A stretch of DNA of 64,000 bases from Candidatus Aminicenantes bacterium (GCA_016933515.1 JAFGAV010000084.1:3072-67071), one strand, 5' to 3'; positions 38,112 through 47,585 are shown, counted from the first letter of the stretch. Numbers and translations: made by a program. The notes: generated by a model not told the origin, from the sequence alone.

Positions 38112-38948
38112 GTGAAGACCTACCGTTTGGTCCGCATCCTATCCCTTCTGGCCGTGGCGGCCGTTGCCCTGTTCTTCCCGGTAACCAAAGCCCTGAACGC
38201 CCTGCTGGTGGGCATTGTGCTCTATGTCGTCCGGGGCGTCATCCTGACCGCCGTCTTCGAGAAACAGCAGAAAAAGGATCGGGCCAAAGCTAAAAATGTT
38301 TTCCGGGAAATGTTCGAGCTCGTTGTGGAGACGGCGGTGTTCGTGTTTTTCGTCATGACCTTCATCGTCCAGGCCTTTCAGATCCCCACGGGCTCGATGG
38401 AGCCGACGCTCCTGGTGGGGGATTTCCTCCTGGTGAACAAGTTCGTCCACGCCTCGACCGCATGCCCGCTGGAAGAGGACATTCTCCCGCGGCGCGAAAT
38501 CCGCCGCGGGGACATCGTCGTCTTCAAGTCTCCGCCGGACCTGAGCAAGGATTTCGTGAAGAGAGTCATCGGCCTGCCGGGAGAAACCGTCCATATCCGC
38601 GACAAGCAGGTCCTGATCGACGGCCGGCCGCTCGACGAAGACACATACAAGGTTCACATCTATCCCGAATACGTCATGGACGGAGACAACTACGGGCCCG
38701 AGACCGTCCCCGCCGGGCATCTCTTCGTCATGGGGGACAATAGGGACAACAGCGCCGACAGCCGGGTCTGGAGTTTTCTTCCCCGGGCGAACATCAAGGG
38801 CCGCCCGTGGATCATTTATTTCTCGTATCAAGCCGAGAGCTCCGCCTTCGAGGCCGGCGCCTCGGGCGTCAAGACGAATCTGTTCAAGGAGATTCTCGTC
38901 CTCGTCAGGGAGGGCCGGATCAAGCGTCTCTTGAAAGTCATCCGCTAG
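38112..38948 (+). CDS. lepB: Signal peptidase I (tandem paralogue with an extra N-terminal TM segment)
   Basis: Motifs PTGSMEPTL, FVKRVIGL and GDNRDNSADSR. By eye it aligns with the upstream copy over its whole catalytic domain. Confidence 0.9.
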   Translation: MKTYRLVRILSLLAVAAVALFFPVTKALNALLVGIVLYVVRGVILTAVFEKQQKKDRAKAKNVFREMFELVVETAVFVFFVMTFIVQAFQIPTGSMEPTLLVGDFLLVNKFVHASTACPLEEDILPRREIRRGDIVVFKSPPDLSKDFVKRVIGLPGETVHIRDKQVLIDGRPLDEDTYKVHIYPEYVMDGDNYGPETVPAGHLFVMGDNRDNSADSRVWSFLPRANIKGRPWIIYFSYQAESSAFEAGASGVKTNLFKEILVLVREGRIKRLLKVIR

Positions 38949-38966
38949 GGGCCGGGCCGGAATCTC

Positions 38967-40628
38967 CTAGGGTTCCGGAGCCTTGATGCGGATGTCTTCG
39001 TAGGAGGAGATGGTGAAGATCGGGTTCTCGGCCGTGAACTCCTTGACGAAAACCTGGCTGCGCGCGATGCCGTCCATGTCCCGGCCGACAGGGAGCCCCA
39101 AAAAGTAGAGGAGCGTCGGCGCGAGATCGATCACCCGAAAACCCTCGATGTTCCTTGCCCGGGCGATTTTCTGGCCGTAGAAAAAGATCACGCCGTCCGG
39201 CGCCTGTTCATGGGCGGCCGAAACGCCGGGCCGGCCCGAAACCCAGCCCAGGAGTCTTTTCCAAAAGGGAAGGGGTTCGATGCCGTGAGGGGAATAGACG
39301 ATGAGCGTTTCGTCCTCCTTGAGGGAAGTCAGATACCGGCCGATGATGCGGTCGTAGAAGCGGTAATATTTTTCGATGACCGAGCCGAACCTGGCCGCTT
39401 CGGCGGCGTCCACGCCGCTGTAAAGGTCCGGAAAGCTGTATTGATAAAAGTATTTCTCCACGGTGTTCAAGCCGGAAAGCGTGAGGGAAAAGACCTGAGG
39501 CTGAAGGCGCTGGCGTTCCTGATTGACTTCCTCCTCGAACAGCGAATCCCGAAAAAAGGACTGGCGGGCGGGGGTGAAGAGGGGAGAGGTCTCGTATCTC
39601 ATGTCGGGGAATAGGAGGGAAAAAGCCGTCTCGGCCTTTTGGCCGGCGGATGCCGTTCCGGCCTCCGAGAAACGGTCGCGCCGCAGGACGGACAGGCCGC
39701 AGTCGGAGAAGATGCGCCACAGGTCGGTGAGCCGGAGGGAAGGCTCGGCCGGGGCGGATTTCAGGAAACCCAGTTTGGAGAGCTGGCTGAAAAAGAGGAA
39801 CCGGGGGATGACATCCAGCCGTTGGGGATGACTCCCCAGGCGGTAGGAGAAGGCCGAAAGCCGGCGATGCTTGGCCGGCAGCTTTCCCGTGTCCAGAGAG
39901 GCGCCCAGGACTTCGCTCTCGTTGGGGGTGAAGCCCGACAGCCGCCCCCAGCTTCCGTTTTCCACGAGAAGGCTGAAATTGGGCAATTGGCCCTCGGCGA
40001 GCAGAGGGATGATGAAATCGAAACTCAGTCCTTCCATGCCCAGAAGAGTCAGTCGGCTTTCGATCCGGGGGGCTTCCAGAACGGATGTCTTGATCCCCCG
40101 ATGCGAGGGAAGGGCCGGAGGTCTCTGCCAGACGAGGACGGCCAAGCCGGCGGCGAACAGGACGCCGGAGGCCCAGAACACGAGGGGCTTTTTCTTGAGG
40201 CGATAAAAAAGGATGACGGCTGTTATCCCCAGCAGCCCGAGCGACAGGAGAACGGCCTTCTGTCTGTTCAGATGAGTCAGGACCGGAGGTTCGAAGAAAG
40301 AACGGAAGTGTCGGATGTTCGCCTGGAAGATGAGCAGGTGGGTCAGAATCACCAGGGAGAAACCGAGAGTCAGGAACGTCGGCGAAACGAAGAAGATGTT
40401 GTTTCTTTTGGCGGAAAAGAAGTCGGTAATGAAGAACACCAACAGGGACAGAACCGTCGCCGCCAGGCCGTAGATCGGGAACAGCTCGAGGGACAGCCCG
40501 GCCAGGAACCAGGGGCTGAGGCGGGAGTTGATGTTCAGGCCGTCCACGAGAAGCGCCAGAAGGAAACAGAAGCAGAGCCCGCAGAGCAGGGAATTGAGAA
40601 GCGCCTTCAGGAATTTCACGGCACTCAA
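38967..40628 (-). CDS. Polytopic membrane protein with a C-terminal alkaline-phosphatase-superfamily (phosphodiesterase-like) domain, possibly catalytically degenerate
   Basis: About 6 N-terminal TM helices, then an AP-like domain alignable by eye to the ORF at 9498-10883 (LLGMEGLSFDF, GFTPNESEV, LIVYSPHGIEP). The start may be GTG 40619. Confidence 0.6.
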   Translation of the reverse strand: MSAVKFLKALLNSLLCGLCFCFLLALLVDGLNINSRLSPWFLAGLSLELFPIYGLAATVLSLLVFFITDFFSAKRNNIFFVSPTFLTLGFSLVILTHLLIFQANIRHFRSFFEPPVLTHLNRQKAVLLSLGLLGITAVILFYRLKKKPLVFWASGVLFAAGLAVLVWQRPPALPSHRGIKTSVLEAPRIESRLTLLGMEGLSFDFIIPLLAEGQLPNFSLLVENGSWGRLSGFTPNESEVLGASLDTGKLPAKHRRLSAFSYRLGSHPQRLDVIPRFLFFSQLSKLGFLKSAPAEPSLRLTDLWRIFSDCGLSVLRRDRFSEAGTASAGQKAETAFSLLFPDMRYETSPLFTPARQSFFRDSLFEEEVNQERQRLQPQVFSLTLSGLNTVEKYFYQYSFPDLYSGVDAAEAARFGSVIEKYYRFYDRIIGRYLTSLKEDETLIVYSPHGIEPLPFWKRLLGWVSGRPGVSAAHEQAPDGVIFFYGQKIARARNIEGFRVIDLAPTLLYFLGLPVGRDMDGIARSQVFVKEFTAENPIFTISSYEDIRIKAPEP

Positions 40629-40656
40629 ATTATCATGACCCCGCGCGGCCGGTCAA
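40629..40656 (-). promoter_or_regulatory. Candidate sigma70 promoter for the membrane AP-like gene
   Basis: Minus strand: TTGACC, 16 nt, GATAAT, abutting the TTG at 40628 (GTG at 40619 lies 9 nt downstream). Confidence 0.35.
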
Positions 40657-40665
40657 ACCGGGCGG

Positions 40666-40694
40666 TTGACCGTCTCCGGGGGATGGCATATCAT
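40666..40694 (+). promoter_or_regulatory. Candidate sigma70 promoter for recD2
   Basis: TTGACC, 17 nt, TATCAT, 34 nt upstream of the ATG at 40729. Confidence 0.45.
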
Positions 40695-40728
40695 CGTTTG
40701 GCTGAGCGAAATTCCTCGAGCCGCGGCC

Positions 40729-42951
40729 ATGAAGAAGACGACCGTTCCCCCATTCCCTCCGGGACCGGATCCCTCACCCGGGGGCGGATCGCTGGAGGGC
40801 GTGGTCGATCATATCCTTTTTTACAACCCCGAAAACGGCTACACCGTCTGCCGCTTTCTTCCGGACGACGGCCGGGAGATGAACATCGTCGGCGCCTTTC
40901 CGCCGCTTTCTCCGGGAGAGAGGCTGAAGATCTCCGGAGTCTGGGAAGTCAACGCCAAATTCGGCCGGCAATTCAAGGTGACCTCCTTCCTTCCCGTGCT
41001 CCCGGCCACAGCCTCCGGAGTCGAGAAATTCCTCTCCTCGGGCTTGATCAAAGGCATCGGGCCCGTCCTGGCGCGCCGCATCCTCAAGGCCTTCGGATCG
41101 GAGACCTTGAGCGTCATGGGAGAAGCGCCGGAGCGGCTGCTCGAAGTCCCGGGCCTGGGAGCGGCCAAGCTGGCCGAAATCAAGCGGTCATGGACGGAGC
41201 ACCGAGACATCCGTGACCTGATCATCTTTCTTCAAGAGCACGGCGTTTCCACCAATCTGGCCACGAAAATCTACAGGCAATACGGGCCGCGCTCCTATCA
41301 GGTTCTTCGTTCCAACCCCTATCAGCTCTGCCTGGACATTTGGGGCGTCGGTTTCAAGACGGCCGACCAAGTCGCCCTGCGGCTCGGCCTCGACCCCGGC
41401 TCTTTGGACCGCATCAAGGCGTTCCTGCTCTATCTTCTGGAAAAAGACTCCGAGCAAGGCCACGTTTTCAGTTTTCAGACGGATTTGGAGGAATCCTGCC
41501 GGCGCGAGCTCGATGCGGACGCCGGCCGCGCGGCCGCGGGACTGCGGGAGCTCTGCGCTTCAGGGGACGTGGTGGCGGAAACGACGGACCGGGGCCGGGC
41601 CGTTTATCTTCCCTTCCTTCATCGCGCCGAGAGCGAGGCCGCCCGTCTTCTCGGCGAGCTGTCCGCTTCGCCGCCTCTGGCTCCCGCTTTCGATGTCGAA
41701 GCCGCCTTGCGCGAAGCGGAAAAGGACGCGGGTTTGAGCTACTCGCCCGCGCAGCGCGACGCCGTTCGGGAGTGCTTCCGGCGGAAGGTCCTGATCATCA
41801 CCGGCGGCCCGGGGACGGGGAAGACGACGATCATCAACGCCGTGGCCGAGCTGTTTCGCCGTTGGGGACGGCCCCTCCTCCTGGCGGCTCCCACCGGCCG
41901 GGCGGCCAAGCGTCTTCAGGAAACGACGGGGCGAGAAGCAAAAACGATTCATCGGCTTCTCGAGTTCAATCCCAAAACGGGAGAGTTCAAGCGCAACGAC
42001 CGCCGTCCCTTGGCCGGGGAGGCGCTCGTGGTCGACGAATTCTCCATGGTCGACCTTGTTCTCCTCTATCACCTTCTCCGAGCCCTGCCGGCCGCAATGC
42101 GCCTCATCCTAGTGGGAGATAAGGACCAACTTCCGTCCGTCGGTCCGGGAAACCTCTTGCGGGACATCATCGCTTCGGAACGGCTGACCGTGGTGAGGCT
42201 GGACGATATCTTCCGCCAGGAGAGGGACAGCCTCATCGTTCTCAACGCCCATCGGGTCAACCACGGCCAACCCCTCCTCTATCCCGCCCGCGGCGACCGG
42301 GACGCCGATTTTTATTTTCTCCGTCAGGAGAGCGAGGAGGGCGCGTTCCGGACCATCCTTACCCTCGCCTGCCACAGCGTGCCCCGGCGGTTCGGATTGC
42401 CTTCCCTCTCGCCCCACATCCAGGTCATCAGCCCCATGTACCGCGGCCTGGCGGGCGTGGACCGCCTGAACGAGGAGCTGCAGAAGCGCCTCAATCCTTC
42501 GGGCGAGAGCCTGCGGCTCGGGGCGCGGGAATTTCGGCTCCGCGACAAGGTCATGCAGGTCCGGAACGATTACGAGAAAGATGTTTTCAACGGCGACATC
42601 GGCTTGGTCTGCGGCCTGGACCGGGAGCGCTACAGGTTGGTCGTTGATTTCGACGGCCGCCAGGTCCTTTATGAAAGGGACGACCTCGATGCTCTCGTTC
42701 TGGCCTACGCCGTTTCGGTTCATAAGGCCCAGGGCAGCGAATACCAAGCGGTCATCATGCCCCTCCTGACCCAGCACTTCATCATGCTTCAGCGAAATCT
42801 GTTTTACACCGCCCTGACGCGCGCCCGGAAACTGAGCATGGTCGTCGGCTCGGTCAAGGCGCTCCATATCGCCGTCAAGAACGACCGGCAGGTCCTGCGC
42901 AACAGCCTCATGAGGGAAAGGCTTGCCCGGGCGGCGGATCTCCGTTTCTAG
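40729..42951 (+). CDS. recD2: RecD2-type SF1 ATP-dependent DNA helicase
   Basis: N-terminal OB/HhH region, Walker A ITGGPGTGKTT, LVVDEFSMV, LILVGDKDQLPSVGPG, and C-terminal AVSVHKAQGSE. Confidence 0.88.
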   Translation: MKKTTVPPFPPGPDPSPGGGSLEGVVDHILFYNPENGYTVCRFLPDDGREMNIVGAFPPLSPGERLKISGVWEVNAKFGRQFKVTSFLPVLPATASGVEKFLSSGLIKGIGPVLARRILKAFGSETLSVMGEAPERLLEVPGLGAAKLAEIKRSWTEHRDIRDLIIFLQEHGVSTNLATKIYRQYGPRSYQVLRSNPYQLCLDIWGVGFKTADQVALRLGLDPGSLDRIKAFLLYLLEKDSEQGHVFSFQTDLEESCRRELDADAGRAAAGLRELCASGDVVAETTDRGRAVYLPFLHRAESEAARLLGELSASPPLAPAFDVEAALREAEKDAGLSYSPAQRDAVRECFRRKVLIITGGPGTGKTTIINAVAELFRRWGRPLLLAAPTGRAAKRLQETTGREAKTIHRLLEFNPKTGEFKRNDRRPLAGEALVVDEFSMVDLVLLYHLLRALPAAMRLILVGDKDQLPSVGPGNLLRDIIASERLTVVRLDDIFRQERDSLIVLNAHRVNHGQPLLYPARGDRDADFYFLRQESEEGAFRTILTLACHSVPRRFGLPSLSPHIQVISPMYRGLAGVDRLNEELQKRLNPSGESLRLGAREFRLRDKVMQVRNDYEKDVFNGDIGLVCGLDRERYRLVVDFDGRQVLYERDDLDALVLAYAVSVHKAQGSEYQAVIMPLLTQHFIMLQRNLFYTALTRARKLSMVVGSVKALHIAVKNDRQVLRNSLMRERLARAADLRF

Positions 42952-43045
42952 AAGATCCGCCGCCGAGGGCGTGAAGCGCGCGCACTCGGCCTTCCGAAAA
43001 GAAGAAGGATTCCGCCGCGACGTGACGCCGATCGTTTTCCGGGAG

Positions 43046-43074
43046 TTGGCAAAGTCGCGATTTTTTGGAATAAT
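43046..43074 (+). promoter_or_regulatory. Candidate sigma70 promoter for the SH3b-M48-cyclase unit
   Basis: TTGGCA, 17 nt, AATAAT, 26 nt upstream of the GTG at 43101, which is preceded by a GGAGG ribosome-binding site. Confidence 0.4.
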
Positions 43075-43100
43075 GATTCCTAACGAGCGGCCTAAAGGAG

Positions 43101-43589
43101 GTGAGGGTGAAGCGCAACACAATCACCGTTATTATGGGATGCGTTCTTCTTGCCGCGGCGCTTTTCGCCGCCCAGACCTATGCCGTCAAGGTCCGGACGT
43201 CCGCCCTGCGCTCGGGACCGAAATTTTTCGCCTCCTCGCTTTTGAACGTCAAAACCGGCGACGGCCTCCTTCTGCTCAAGCGGGAGGCGGACTGGCTCCA
43301 GGTCAAGGCGCCGGGCGGGCAGGTGGGATGGATCCACGTCAGCGCCGTCGAGCCAAAAAAAATCGACATTTTGGCCTGGAACAAGAGCACGAAAAACCAG
43401 GCCTCGGCCACGGAAGTGGCCATGGCCGCCAAGGGATTCAACAAACAGGTCGAGAGCAGCTACCGGGCCCGGAACAAGAACATCAGTTTCGTCTGGGTGG
43501 ACAAGATGGCCCGCATGGCCGTCGGCCGGGCCCAGCTCGAGGCGTTTCTCAGGCAGGGCCGTCTGGGCGAATTTCGAGGCGTCAAATGA
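43101..43589 (+). CDS. Secreted bacterial SH3-domain protein
   Basis: Signal peptide (VLLAAALFAAQTYA) and an SH3b-like segment (VRTSALRSGPKFFASSLLNVKTGDGLLLLKREADWLQVKAPGGQVGWIH). Confidence 0.6.
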   Translation: MRVKRNTITVIMGCVLLAAALFAAQTYAVKVRTSALRSGPKFFASSLLNVKTGDGLLLLKREADWLQVKAPGGQVGWIHVSAVEPKKIDILAWNKSTKNQASATEVAMAAKGFNKQVESSYRARNKNISFVWVDKMARMAVGRAQLEAFLRQGRLGEFRGVK

Positions 43590-44479
43590 CCGCCCGCCGC
43601 GTTTCCGCGCTCGCCCTGGCCGCGCTCCTCTTTTCGTTCCTCTTGACATCCTGTTCGTTGTTTGAGCAGGGTCGGGAGCTTCTGACCGAGGGCAACATCA
43701 AGAAAGCCGGCCAGGTTGCAGGCGTCGTCCGTAAAACTTTCGCCGACATCACTGAGGAAGAGGAATACTACATCGGACGCTCCGTGGCGGCGCTCATCCT
43801 GTCGCGCTACAAGGTCTACAACGACCCGGCCCTCAACGCTTACGTCAATCTTCTGGGCAATGCCGTGGCCGCCTACTCGGACCGTCCCGAGATTTACGGA
43901 GGCTGGAGGTTTTTGGTCCTCAACACCTCCGAAATCAACGCCCTGGCCGCCCCGGGCGGATTTGTGTTCATCACGAGAGGCCTGATTCGGCAGTGCCGGG
44001 ACGAAGAGATGCTGGCCGCAGTGCTGGCCCACGAGATCGGGCACGTGGCGGCCAAGCACGGTCTGAAATCCATAAAAAAAGCCCGGCTCGTCGAAGCTTT
44101 TAAAATGCTCGGCCAGGAAGCGGCCAAAAAATACACTCCTCAGGAGCTCAGCCGGCTGACCATTGTGTTCGAGGACGTTTTGGGCGACATCGCCGGGAGC
44201 CTGATCGAACGCGGCTATGACCGGAAATACGAATACGAGGCCGATACGTTGTCGGTGAAATACGCGCTGGCCACGGGCTATCATCCCGGCGGATTGTCCG
44301 ATTTTCTGAAAAGTTTGGCCGCCCAAGAGGGTCAAACACAGGCTGCGGGCTGGTTCAAAACCCATCCCGCCGCCAAGGACCGATTGGCCAGGGTGGAGAA
44401 TCGGATCAAAAGGATTCGCGATCTTCCCGTCCGGGACTCCATCCGTCTGAATCGCTTTAAAAGAAATTACAAGGGCTAA
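43586..44479 (+). CDS. M48-family zinc metallopeptidase lipoprotein
   Basis: Lipobox LLTSC and zinc motif HEIGHVAAKHG. ATGA overlap with the SH3b gene. It lies inside a longer track ORF whose upstream part is non-coding-like. Confidence 0.85.
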   Translation: MTARRVSALALAALLFSFLLTSCSLFEQGRELLTEGNIKKAGQVAGVVRKTFADITEEEEYYIGRSVAALILSRYKVYNDPALNAYVNLLGNAVAAYSDRPEIYGGWRFLVLNTSEINALAAPGGFVFITRGLIRQCRDEEMLAAVLAHEIGHVAAKHGLKSIKKARLVEAFKMLGQEAAKKYTPQELSRLTIVFEDVLGDIAGSLIERGYDRKYEYEADTLSVKYALATGYHPGGLSDFLKSLAAQEGQTQAAGWFKTHPAAKDRLARVENRIKRIRDLPVRDSIRLNRFKRNYKG

Positions 44480-46582
44480 TTGCCGAAACGTCTCCTCCGC
44501 GGGCTGGTGATCGGGCTCCTGGCTTTTACGGCGGCGGCGCTTGTTTCGCGGACGGGGATCCTCGAATCCTTGGAATGGAAAAGCTGGGACGCGCGTGTCC
44601 GTCTTTTGGCCCGGCCGGAAAAAGCCGATCCTTCTCTCGCCCTTTTTCTGATCGATCAATACAGCCTCGACTTCTATGAGAATCAGGGCCTCTCCTGGCC
44701 TTGGCCCCGACAAATGTATTCGGCCGCCGTCGATTTTCTCCGGGCCGGGGGGGCCCGGGCGGTTTTCTTCGACCTTATCCTTTCCGAGCCCTCGGTCTAC
44801 GGAGAAGAGGACGATCTGAATCTGGCCCGGGCCATGAGCCGGGCGGGAAACGTGTTCTTGCCCATCTTTCTCGGTCGCGAGGACCCGGACCGGGAAGACG
44901 AGAGCGGGGCTGTGGAAAGGTCTTACGCGCTTCTGTCCGGCCGGAAATGGGACCGCCGGAAACCGCCCGTCCGCGCCGTCGTTCCTTCCGTTTCGGCCTC
45001 TCTTTGTCTCGATGTCTTGTTCGATGCGGCCCGGGGCGTGGGGAACGTGCGGTTCGAAGCGGACGGGGACGGGGTGTTTCGGCGCGCGCCTCTTCTGTTC
45101 GGCTATCGCGGCCTCGTTTTGCCGGCTCTCCCCTTGGCCTTGGCCGAGCATGCCCGCGGGCGGGAGATTCGTCTCGACGACGTTCCCCTCGACCGCGAGG
45201 GGAGAATGGTCATCAATTATCACGGGCCGACGGGAACGTATCGCGCCTATCCGCTGGCGTCGATCATCAATTCCTGGGCGGTGATCGAGGAGGGAGGGGA
45301 ACCCCGGATCAAACCCTCGGAATTCGCCGGCAAGATCGTGCTCGTCGGAGGGAGCGCCCCCGGACTTCTCGATTTGAGACCCACGCCTCTCAGCCCGGTC
45401 AGCCCCGGAACGGAGATCCAGGCCGCGGTCGTCGACAATCTCCTTCATGACGATTTCGTCCGCATCGTTCCCTCTTGGATGTCGCTCGGACTTCTTCTCC
45501 TGTTCTCGCTTCTGACCGGAACGGCGGTTTCCTCTCTTCAGAAAACGTGGCACCTTGTTCTTTTTCTGGCGCTCGGTCTCAGCCTGCCGGCTGCGGCCGC
45601 TGCGGCGGCATATCGAGGCGGGTTGTGGCTTGATCTCGCCGCGCCGCAGCTGGCCGTGCTGGCGGCCTTCATCGGCGCCGCTTTAGGCAATTACAGGACC
45701 GAAGGACGGCAACGGCGGTTCCTCAAGACCGTTTTCAAGCATTACCTCAGCCCGCAGGTCATTGAGGGCATCCTCGAAGATCCTTCGCGGCTGCGTCTGG
45801 GGGGGGAAAGGCGGACGGTTTCCTCGTTTTTCTCCGACGTGCGGGGATTCACCTCAATTTCGGAGAAGCTTTCGCCCGAGGAGCTCGTCCGCCTGCTCAA
45901 CGCCTACCTTTCGGAGATGACCGACATCATCCTGGATCTGGGAGGGACCCTGGACAAATACGAAGGGGACGCGGTCATCGCCTTCTGGAACGCTCCCCTG
46001 GAGCAGGAGGACCACGCTCTCCGCGCCTGCCGGGCGGCGCTCCGCTGCCAGGCGCGCCTGGCGGAGCTGCGGCCGTTCTTCAGAGAGAAGTGCGGATGCG
46101 ATCTTGCGATGCGCATCGGACTCAATTCGGGCGAGGCGGTCGTGGGCAACATGGGCTCCCGCAGCCGCTTCGACTACACGGCCATGGGCGACGCGATCAA
46201 CCTGGCGGCCCGCCTCGAGGGCGCCTGCAAGGCTTACGGCCTTTTCCTCTTGGCCGGCGAGGAAACCGTGGCCCGGGCGGGAGACGCCGTGGTTTCCCGG
46301 GAAGCGGACATTCTCCGCGTCGTAGGCCGAAAGCGCCCCGTTCGCGTGTTTGAGCTTGTCGGAGAGGAGGGGGCCGTTTCCGAAGAAACTCGGGGCCGGC
46401 TGCGGACGTACCGGTCGGCGCTCGAAGCCTACCGGTCCCGGAGTTTCGGCGAGGCGCTCGAGAAATTCGAAACTCTTGAGGGAGACTCCTTGGCCGCGGT
46501 CTATGCCGGACGTTGCCGGGACTTTCTGGCCGCTCCGCCTCCGGAAAACTGGGACGGGATTTTCGAGCTGAAATCCAAATGA
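44480..46582 (+). CDS. CHASE2-sensor class III adenylate/guanylate cyclase
   Basis: N-terminal TM plus a periplasmic CHASE2-like domain, a TM cluster, and a catalytic domain (VSSFFSDVRGFTSISE ... GLNSGEAVVGNMGS). TTG start directly after the M48 stop. Confidence 0.85.
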   Translation: MPKRLLRGLVIGLLAFTAAALVSRTGILESLEWKSWDARVRLLARPEKADPSLALFLIDQYSLDFYENQGLSWPWPRQMYSAAVDFLRAGGARAVFFDLILSEPSVYGEEDDLNLARAMSRAGNVFLPIFLGREDPDREDESGAVERSYALLSGRKWDRRKPPVRAVVPSVSASLCLDVLFDAARGVGNVRFEADGDGVFRRAPLLFGYRGLVLPALPLALAEHARGREIRLDDVPLDREGRMVINYHGPTGTYRAYPLASIINSWAVIEEGGEPRIKPSEFAGKIVLVGGSAPGLLDLRPTPLSPVSPGTEIQAAVVDNLLHDDFVRIVPSWMSLGLLLLFSLLTGTAVSSLQKTWHLVLFLALGLSLPAAAAAAAYRGGLWLDLAAPQLAVLAAFIGAALGNYRTEGRQRRFLKTVFKHYLSPQVIEGILEDPSRLRLGGERRTVSSFFSDVRGFTSISEKLSPEELVRLLNAYLSEMTDIILDLGGTLDKYEGDAVIAFWNAPLEQEDHALRACRAALRCQARLAELRPFFREKCGCDLAMRIGLNSGEAVVGNMGSRSRFDYTAMGDAINLAARLEGACKAYGLFLLAGEETVARAGDAVVSREADILRVVGRKRPVRVFELVGEEGAVSEETRGRLRTYRSALEAYRSRSFGEALEKFETLEGDSLAAVYAGRCRDFLAAPPPENWDGIFELKSK

Positions 46583-46641
46583 CGGTCGGAAGCCCGTCCG
46601 TCCGCCCGGGGAGAAGAGAGCCGGGATGAAGGGAGAAGGGA

Positions 46642-47460
46642 ATGGAGCTTGAGTTCTGGGGAACACGGGGAACCTGTCCGGTTTCGGGGCGGAAGACGGC
46701 GGGGTGCGGAGGAAATACGGCCTGTGCGTCGCTCGCCGTATCCCCCGAAGAGCTGATCATCATCGACGCCGGCACCGGGCTTCGAAACCTGGGCCGGAAA
46801 CTCAAGGAAAGCTCCCGTACGGAGCGCCTCGAGATTCATCTGCTCTTGACGCATTTCCATCTGGATCATGTCTGGGGGCTGCCGTTTTTCGAGCCGCTTT
46901 ATTCCGACAGGACCGTGGTGACGTTTTACGCCGACGAGGAGCCTGAAGAAACCGAACGGCTGCTCGCGTCTCTCATGAGCCGCCGGCTGTTTCCCCTTGA
47001 GTTTTCCGAGCTTCGCTCCAGGAGACGTTTCAAAACCCTTCCGGCGGGCCGGATGCATCTGGGAGGCGTGGATGTCTCCTATCAGCCCCTCACGCATCCT
47101 CAGGGCTCGGTGGCCTACCGCCTGGACGGCCGGCACGGGTCCATCGTCTTCGCCACGGACACCGAGCACCCCCTCAAGGGAGCTGACGAGGCGCTGATCG
47201 GATTCAGCCGCGGCGCGGAGCACTTCGTATGCGATTCCACGTACACGCCCGAGGAATACGAAGACGGCCGTCGCGGTTGGGGCCACAGCACCTGGGAAGC
47301 GGGAGTGAAGCTGGCCGAGGCGGCCGGAGTCAAGAACCTTCTTCTTTCCCATCACAATCCCGACCATGACGACCGCGCGGTGGGCGGGATCGTCCGCCGC
47401 GCGCGGCGACGTTTTCCGCGCACCCAGGCTGCGCGCGAGGGATTGAAGCTGCGGATCTGA
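46642..47460 (+). CDS. Metallo-beta-lactamase-fold hydrolase
   Basis: HxHxDH motif (LTHFHLDHVWG) and downstream His/Asp ligands (ATDTEH, LLLSHHNPDHDD). Confidence 0.8.
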   Translation: MELEFWGTRGTCPVSGRKTAGCGGNTACASLAVSPEELIIIDAGTGLRNLGRKLKESSRTERLEIHLLLTHFHLDHVWGLPFFEPLYSDRTVVTFYADEEPEETERLLASLMSRRLFPLEFSELRSRRRFKTLPAGRMHLGGVDVSYQPLTHPQGSVAYRLDGRHGSIVFATDTEHPLKGADEALIGFSRGAEHFVCDSTYTPEEYEDGRRGWGHSTWEAGVKLAEAAGVKNLLLSHHNPDHDDRAVGGIVRRARRRFPRTQAAREGLKLRI

Positions 47461-47585
47461 GCGCATCCTCCGAGGATCCGCAGGGAGCGGGGAAGGGCAT
47501 CGCACCCCGGCGCGGATCCGACGGCTGCGGAGTTTGCGGCTTTTGAGGACGGGAGTCTGTCGATCTCGGGAGAGGCCCTGTTCTC

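Noticed and set aside
42923-43585. Upstream part of the 518-aa track ORF that ends as the M48 peptidase
   Set aside because: It overlaps the recD2 end and the SH3b gene in another frame. The lipoprotein signal peptide and the ATGA coupling support a start at 43586.
43460-45553. 697-aa ORF on the - strand
   Set aside because: It is antisense to the M48 peptidase and the CHASE2 cyclase, has a low-complexity Arg/Gly/Pro composition, and carries no motifs.
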